Shown piece by piece: positions 22,279-27,779 of a DNA stretch of 27,779 nucleotides (the stretch's first letter is position 1; each line of letters starts with the position of its first letter). The position numbers and the translations under genes were made by a program. The notes beneath the pieces were generated by a model, which worked only from the letters and a program-made list of their open reading frames with translations, did not search any database and was not told the origin of the DNA. The stretch comes from Chiloscyllium plagiosum (Eukaryota), in contig NC_057720.1 in assembly GCF_004010195.1 (NCBI RefSeq), forward strand, positions 16,686,095 through 16,713,873, given 5' to 3'.

Positions 22279-22615
22279 GCATCCATCAGTCACAAAGAAG
22301 GAGATTTGTGCCTCCTTTAAAGAAGAAAGCTGAAGATGAATGCCAATCACAAATGGTTTTTGATTGCCAATATATGCATGCCCCTATCAAACATAAAACA
22401 TTTGAAATAGCGTTAAATAACTCCCTCAAAGATCAATCTCAGCTTAGGTTCAGAAGTGACAATTCTGTTCTTTCAACTACCCTGTTAAATGACAACAGTA
22501 AAGGTCACAGCAGACATCAACATGAAGAGACATTTGATAATTTGAATTGTCTTACTACTTCACATCATAAAGCTGAGGCGAAGGATGAAAGTGCTCCTTC
22601 TTTGTCCAGAAAAAG
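22279..22615 (+). CDS. HFM1: HFM1 internal coding exon (337 nt, phase 1 to phase 2)
   Basis: Acceptor tttttgttgttgcag|GC and donor AAAAG|gtaatc. Open frame (G)IHQSQRRRFVPPLKKK...ESAPSLSRK(R). The end matches recalled human ESTSVFRKR. Phases fit both neighbouring exons. Confidence 0.85.
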
Positions 22616-23137
22616 GTAATCTTTTCCATTTTGTATTATGCAAAGGTTCCAATGTTTTTCTATGCCGAGACTTGACAATATTTGTACCTTTCAACAATCA
22701 AATTTCAAGATGCAAGAGGTTTTGATCAGAAAGTGTATATCAAGCATAGATGTGACTGATTGCAAACAAACTTAGTTTAGAAGAAATGTCCAAATAGGTA
22801 TATCAGCCAGTCAAGATGAGATATTTTAATTCTGACTTAACCCAGCTGTCGAGGTTGGAGCAGCTGATCATTTTACATCTTGTCCTATTTTTACACTCCA
22901 TGGAGAATTATTAAGTGGGATCTGGTGGAGTGGGTGGGAACAATAGGTGGCAAGCCCAATCCCTTTACAACTGGTCAAGCTACATTTAGAGAAAATGTTG
23001 CTTCATAATGTTTGGACCTGATGGTGAACTTAAAGTTCCTCTCACACAAGCACAGAATGTATGACTTCAAAATGAAAATTAAATTACATCTTTGTGTCCT
23101 CGAGACTGCTTTGACATTTGACATTTGACACTTGACA

Positions 23138-23372
23138 CAATCATGGCTGATCCCATCTTGGCCTCAACTCCACTTTCCTGACGGCTGTCCGTAACCCTTC
23201 AACCTATTAGTAATTAAAAATCTGCCTATCTTCTCCTTAAAGTTAATCAATGTCTTGGCATCCATCATACTCTGGCTAGTGAATTCCACACACTTTGAGA
23301 GAAGTAATATCTCCTCATCTCTGTTTTAAAACTGCTACCCTTTATCTTAAAACTACGATCTCTTGTTCTAGA
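23138..23372 (-). mobile_element. Old CR1 3' fragment
   Basis: atcatggctgatc...cctcaactccactttcctg...gaattccaca...tcctcatctctgttttaaa is an antisense CR1 3' region. Confidence 0.7.
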
Positions 23373-24047
23373 AAATTTCAAGGTAACCAGGCAGAGTCAA
23401 CATCGTTTCATGAATGGGCGTATTGCCTTTATTGCACTACTTGCTGCTATAGATGGAGCAGGAGTGTTTCTTCACATGCACAAGCTCACCACATTGTGAT
23501 TAGAGCATTGGGACAGTCTGACCATCCCTCATGATGTTCAACTATTTCCTATACAATGTCCCACCCTCCCCCATTTCCAATTGCCCCTTGATCAACTGAA
23601 TACCACACACACTTCCCTACTTACCCATCATTATAATGTCAGACATGTTTAATATCCATTCTCTAACCACTTTGCTTCATGACAATCACACAGCTTGTCG
23701 ATCTGTCAGGTGGGAAACTGTTGAAAAAATGTGGACATATAATTTAGGATTTAAGGAAATCTTTATTTCTGGGATTTCCATCTGTAAATAATTTCTCTTT
23801 TACCCTCCAGCCTACTTCCAGGCCCCATTTAATGTCTGATTTTCATTTAAAGTACTAAGGTCACGTTTTTACCATGGATATTTTAAATTTAAGCATCAAA
23901 AACCTGCTGAAATGCTTGAAACTGTTTTGTTGGTATTTTAAGTCGTATGATAAATAACTTAATTGTACTCACTGTCTAAAACAAAATGATATTTCATAAG
24001 ATCTGAAATACATTGTACTTTTAAAGACATTTTCTGTCTTTCTGTAG

Positions 24048-24283
24048 ATTATTTAAAATGCCGATGCCAACCAAAACTCTAAATAATCTCGCAATTTTTA
24101 ACTGCCCACCTTTTTCTGCAAATTCCCCATCACAAGATGAAAACTGTGATTTTAGAGATATCCCTGAAAAACATACTGAGAATGGTTTGAGAGACAGTAG
24201 CAAACAGAAAGATCATAATGACACTCGATTTCTGAAAAAAGCACATGTGCTTCCAATGATGTCGCAAGCACTAAATGTAAAAG
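24048..24283 (+). CDS. HFM1: HFM1 internal coding exon (236 nt, phase 2 to phase 1)
   Basis: Acceptor ttttctgtctttctgtag|A and donor AAG|gtaagg. Splicing creates RKRLFKM (human RKRLFKI). The frame is open through ...SQALNVK. Confidence 0.82.
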
Positions 24284-24639
24284 GTAAGGGAAATTGTTAA
24301 AGTCAGTATAATTGGACAAGTATTCCACCTTTTGTAAATTATTATGAGAGTACAACAAAATAATGGTCTAATTTCTGGGGAAATGTATGACTGACATTGG
24401 ATGCTGAAAAGTTCCCCCAGTCCTTCATGGTTTAAACTGGAAACATTGAACTAGATTAATCGTTTATATTTAATTTAGTGTCTTTAAAGATTTCAATTCT
24501 TTTCAAGACTATTCACTCCACCTGATGATGTTGGCAACAGGATTGTCCCTACTAGTCTACTCCAATCATGATCCTAGTTTCACTGATAGTGATTAGTTTA
24601 TTATGCAGGTTGGGTCTAAGTTAGATTATTGGTGTGTGT

Positions 24640-25067
24640 GCTTAAAAATGTGTTGCTGGAAAAGCGCAGCAGATCAGGTCAAAGGAGAAGGAGAATCGAC
24701 GTTTCAGGAATAAGCCCTTCTTCAGGAATGAGGAGGGTGTGCCAAGCAGGCTAAGATAAAAGGTAGGGAGGAGGGACTTGGGGGAGGGGCATTGGGAATG
24801 CGATAAGTGGAAGGAGGTTAAGGTGAGGGTGATAGGCCAGAGAGGGGGTGGGGGTGGAGAGGTCGGGAAGAAGATTGCAGGTCAAGAAGGTGGTGCTGAG
24901 TCTGAGGGTTGGGACTGAGAAAAGGTGGGGGGAGGGGAAATGAGGAAGCTGGAGAAATCTGCATTCATCCCTTGTGGTTGGAGGGTTCCTAGGCGGAAGA
25001 TGAGTCGCTCTTCCTCCAGGCGTCGTGTTGCCATGGTCTGGCGATGGAGGAGGCCAAGAACCTGCAT
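24640..25067 (-). mobile_element. 5'-truncated Penelope-like element (Neptune-like GIY-YIG C-terminus plus pseudo-LTR)
   Basis: MQVLGLLHRQTMATRRLEEERLIFRLGTLQPQGMNADF, followed by a C-rich 3' UTR and a hammerhead motif. Confidence 0.85.
24693..24730 (-). ncRNA. Minimal type I hammerhead ribozyme motif
   Basis: Minus strand: CUGAAGA-A-GGGC-UUAU-UCCU-GAAAC-GUC. Core intact; stems I and II imperfect. Confidence 0.65.
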
Positions 25068-25193
25068 TGTGTGCCCATACAAATTCAGTTTGGTAATGGG
25101 GTACCTACTGCAGCATTTCATGGAGAATGAGAAACCTTTTAAATAGGCAGAGTGCTTCAGAGTTTCTTTGGCATATCTAGACAAATTGTTTTT

Positions 25194-25935
25194 AGAATCA
25201 TAGAAACGTCTGTACAGAGCAGTCGTTCAGTCCATCAAGTCTGTATCTCCAAGTTATGTTAAATCTATACTCGCCCACTTTCCAGCACCAGGCCCATAAC
25301 GTTGAATGTTATGACATTTCAAGTGCTCATCCAATTACTTTTTAAAGGTTGTGAGGTTACCCATCTCCCAGGCAGAGTATTCCAGACCCCCACCACCCTC
25401 CTGATGAAAAAGATTTTTTTCAAGTCCTCTCTAAGCATCCTGCCTTCCACCTTAGAAGTGTGTCTCCTTGTTGGTGATCCTTCAACTAAGGGGAACAGCT
25501 GCTTTCTATCTACGCTGCCTATAGCCCTAATAAGCTTATACACTTCTGTCAGGTTTACCCTCAACCTTCTCAAAACAACCCAAGTTTATCCAGCTTCTCT
25601 TCATAGAGAAGATAATCTTTCTTAGGAAACAAACTGCTGAATCTGCTTTGCACCCCCTTCAATGTAATCCTATAGTGTGGTGACCAGAACTGCACACAGT
25701 ACTCTTGCTGTGGCCTAACTAAAGTTGTGTACAGTTTCAATATGACCTTCCTATTATTATGTGTGCCTTGATTGATAAAAGCAAGCGTCCCATATACCTT
25801 CTTAAATACTTTATTAATCTACTTTGCCACCTTCAGGGATTTGTGGACAATTACCCAAAGATCCTTTTGTTCCTCTGAGCTTTGTAGTGTCCTACCATTC
25901 ACTGAATACTCCCTTGTCTAGTTACTTCTTCCAAA
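25194..25935 (-). mobile_element. Older CR1 3' fragment
   Basis: RRLRVNLTEVYKLIRAI...FFIRRVVGVWNTLP, with a tail at about 25194-25204. Confidence 0.85.
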
Positions 25936-25936
25936 C

Positions 25937-27212
25937 TAATACTCGTTTAGTATCTCCCCCATTTTCTGCGGCTCCACACAAAGGCCGCCTTGTTGATCTT
26001 TGAGGGGCCCTATTCTCTCCTTAGTTATCCTTTTATCATTAATTTGTAAAAAAACCTTTGGATTCTCCTTGACTCGATTTGCCAAAGCAATTTCATGTCC
26101 CCTTTTTGCCTACCTGATTTCCGTCTTAAGTATACTCCTAGTGCCTTTATACTTTTCTAAAGATTCATTCGATCTATTTTGTCTATACCTGATATATGCT
26201 TCCTTCGTTTTCTCAATCACATCCTCAATTTCTTTAGTCATTCAGCATTCCCTACACCTACACGCTTTTCCTTTCACCCTAACAGGAATATACTGTCTCT
26301 GCATTCTCATTATCTCATTTCTGAAGGCTTCCCATTTTTTCTTTAATTACTTTTTTTTTTAGATAACTTACAGTGTGGAAACAGGCCCTTCGGCCCAACA
26401 AGTCCACACCGACCCGCCGAAGCGCGACTCATCCAGACCCATTCCCCTACACCTAACATTACGGGCAATTTAACATGGCCAATTCACCTAAACTGCACAT
26501 TTTTCGGATTGTGGGAGGAAACCGGAGCTCCCGGAGGAAACCCACGCAGACACGGGGAGAATGTGCAAACTCCACACAGAGAGTCGCCTAAAGCGGGAAT
26601 TGAACCCAGGTCTCTGACGCTGTGAGGCAGCAGTGCTAACCACTGAGCCACCGTGCCGTCCCTTGACCTGCAAACATTGCCCCCAATCAGCTTTCGAAAG
26701 TTCTTGCCTAATACCATCAAAATTAGCCTTCCTCTAGTTTAGAACTTCAACTTTTAGATCTGATCTATCCTTTTCCATCACTATTTTATAAACTATTAGA
26801 ATTATGGTTGCTGGCCTCAAAGTGCTCCCCCACTGACACCTCAGTCACCTTCCCTGCCTTATTTGCCAAGAGTAGGTCAAGTTTTACACCTCCTCTAGTA
26901 GGTACTTCCAGATACTGAATCAGAAAATTTTCTTAAACACACTTAAATTCCTCTCCATCTACACCCTTAACACTACGGCAGTCCCAATCTATATTTGGAA
27001 AGTTAAAAATCCCCTAATAAACCACCATATTATTCTTAGAGATAACTGAAATCTCCTTACAAATTTGTTTCTCAATTTCCCTCTGACTATTAGGGGGTCT
27101 GTAATACAATCCCAATAAGGTGATCATCCCTTTCTTATTTCTCAGTTCCACCCAAATAACTTGCCTGGATGTACTTCCAGGAATATCCTCCCTCAGTACA
27201 GCTGTCATGCTA
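25937..27212 (-). mobile_element. CR1 endonuclease/linker fragment interrupted by an HE1 SINE
   Basis: AVLREDIPG...LGLYYRPPNSQREIEKQICKEI, highly similar to 8935-9670 and 18810-19553. Confidence 0.92.
26345..26658 (-). mobile_element. Full-length HE1 V-SINE
   Basis: Minus strand: A box tggctcagtgg, B box ggttcaattcc, V-domain ctgtgtggagtttgcacattctccccgtgtctgcgtgggtttcctccggg, CR1-like tail and A-rich end. Confidence 0.93.
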
Positions 27213-27224
27213 TTCCTCCTCCTC

Positions 27225-27779
27225 TAACCTAATAATAAGACCCGTTGTGGTAAGCAGGTAAGTGCTGCATTTTGTTTGTTCTATTCTTTAGACCTAGTTT
27301 TTTTTTTAAAAGATTACTTTTAGAGGGATGGCAGTGAAGGCAGTGCAATGTTTCTCTTGCAACATGTTTGAGGTGAGGGATGCCATAGTCGTCATTGCTG
27401 ATTACACTTGCAGGAAGTGCACCCATCTCCAGCTCCTCCAAGACCGTGTTAGGGAACTGGAACTGGAGTTGGATGAACTTAGGATCAATCGGGAGGCAGA
27501 GGGGGTCATAGATCGGAGCTTTAGGGAAGTATTGCAGACAGATTGCAGACAGATGGGTGACAGTGAGGGGGACTGGGAGGAAGCAGCCAGTGCAGGGACC
27601 CCCTGCGGCCGTTCCTCTCAAGAACAAGTATACCGTTTTGGATACTTGTGGGGGGCATGACTTACCAGGGGTAAGCAATGGGGTTCAGGCTTCTGGCACG
27701 GAGCCTGTCCCCATTGCTCAGAAGGGAAGGGTGGAGAAGAGCAGAGCAATAGTTATTGGGGACTCGATAGTTCGGGGAA
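27225..27779 (+). mobile_element. CR1 5' UTR and frameshifted ORF1 (zinc finger/leucine zipper, then start of SGNH esterase)
   Basis: ATG at 27328: CFSC...CRKC, LQDRVRELELELDELR. At the window end, RAIVIGDSIVRG in another frame. Confidence 0.88.

Noticed and set aside
22176..22619. 147-aa single-exon ORF
   Set aside because: Its first 34 codons are intronic polypyrimidine/acceptor sequence with a non-ATG start; the supported exon is 22279-22615.
26580..26658. tRNA gene (also 1229-1320)
   Set aside because: The A/B boxes belong to retroelement heads, followed by SINE bodies; no convincing cloverleaf.
27328..27660. Host zinc-finger gene
   Set aside because: The CxxC-CxxC plus zipper plus GDS esterase layout is CR1 ORF1, and it is frameshifted.
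25937..27779. Twin-primed single CR1 (minus endonuclease next to plus ORF1)
   Set aside because: The inverted piece derives from downstream of ORF1, the wrong order for twin priming; more likely separate copies.

Overview
Vertebrate genomic DNA, almost certainly from an elasmobranch (shark), judged from HE1-type V-SINEs, HER1-like CR1 LINEs and shark-type Penelope elements. It contains three N gaps. Three + strand coding exons (419-531, 22279-22615, 24048-24283) splice in frame and match the N-terminal disordered region of the meiotic helicase HFM1/MER3, based on my recollection of the human protein. Most of the remainder is nested, decayed retroelements. The most unusual item is a second LINE family (1229-2540, resuming at 6441-7692). 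It begins with a tRNA-derived Pol III promoter and SINE-like body that runs straight into an APE endonuclease/RT ORF, and its sense strand almost entirely lacks TTTT terminators. This suggests a Pol III-transcribed autonomous LINE. Other points of note: a BRCA2-like FVPP motif in HFM1, hammerhead ribozyme relics in the Penelope elements, and a locally templated 191-bp insert at a CR1 5' junction. All homology calls are by eye; no database searches were run.
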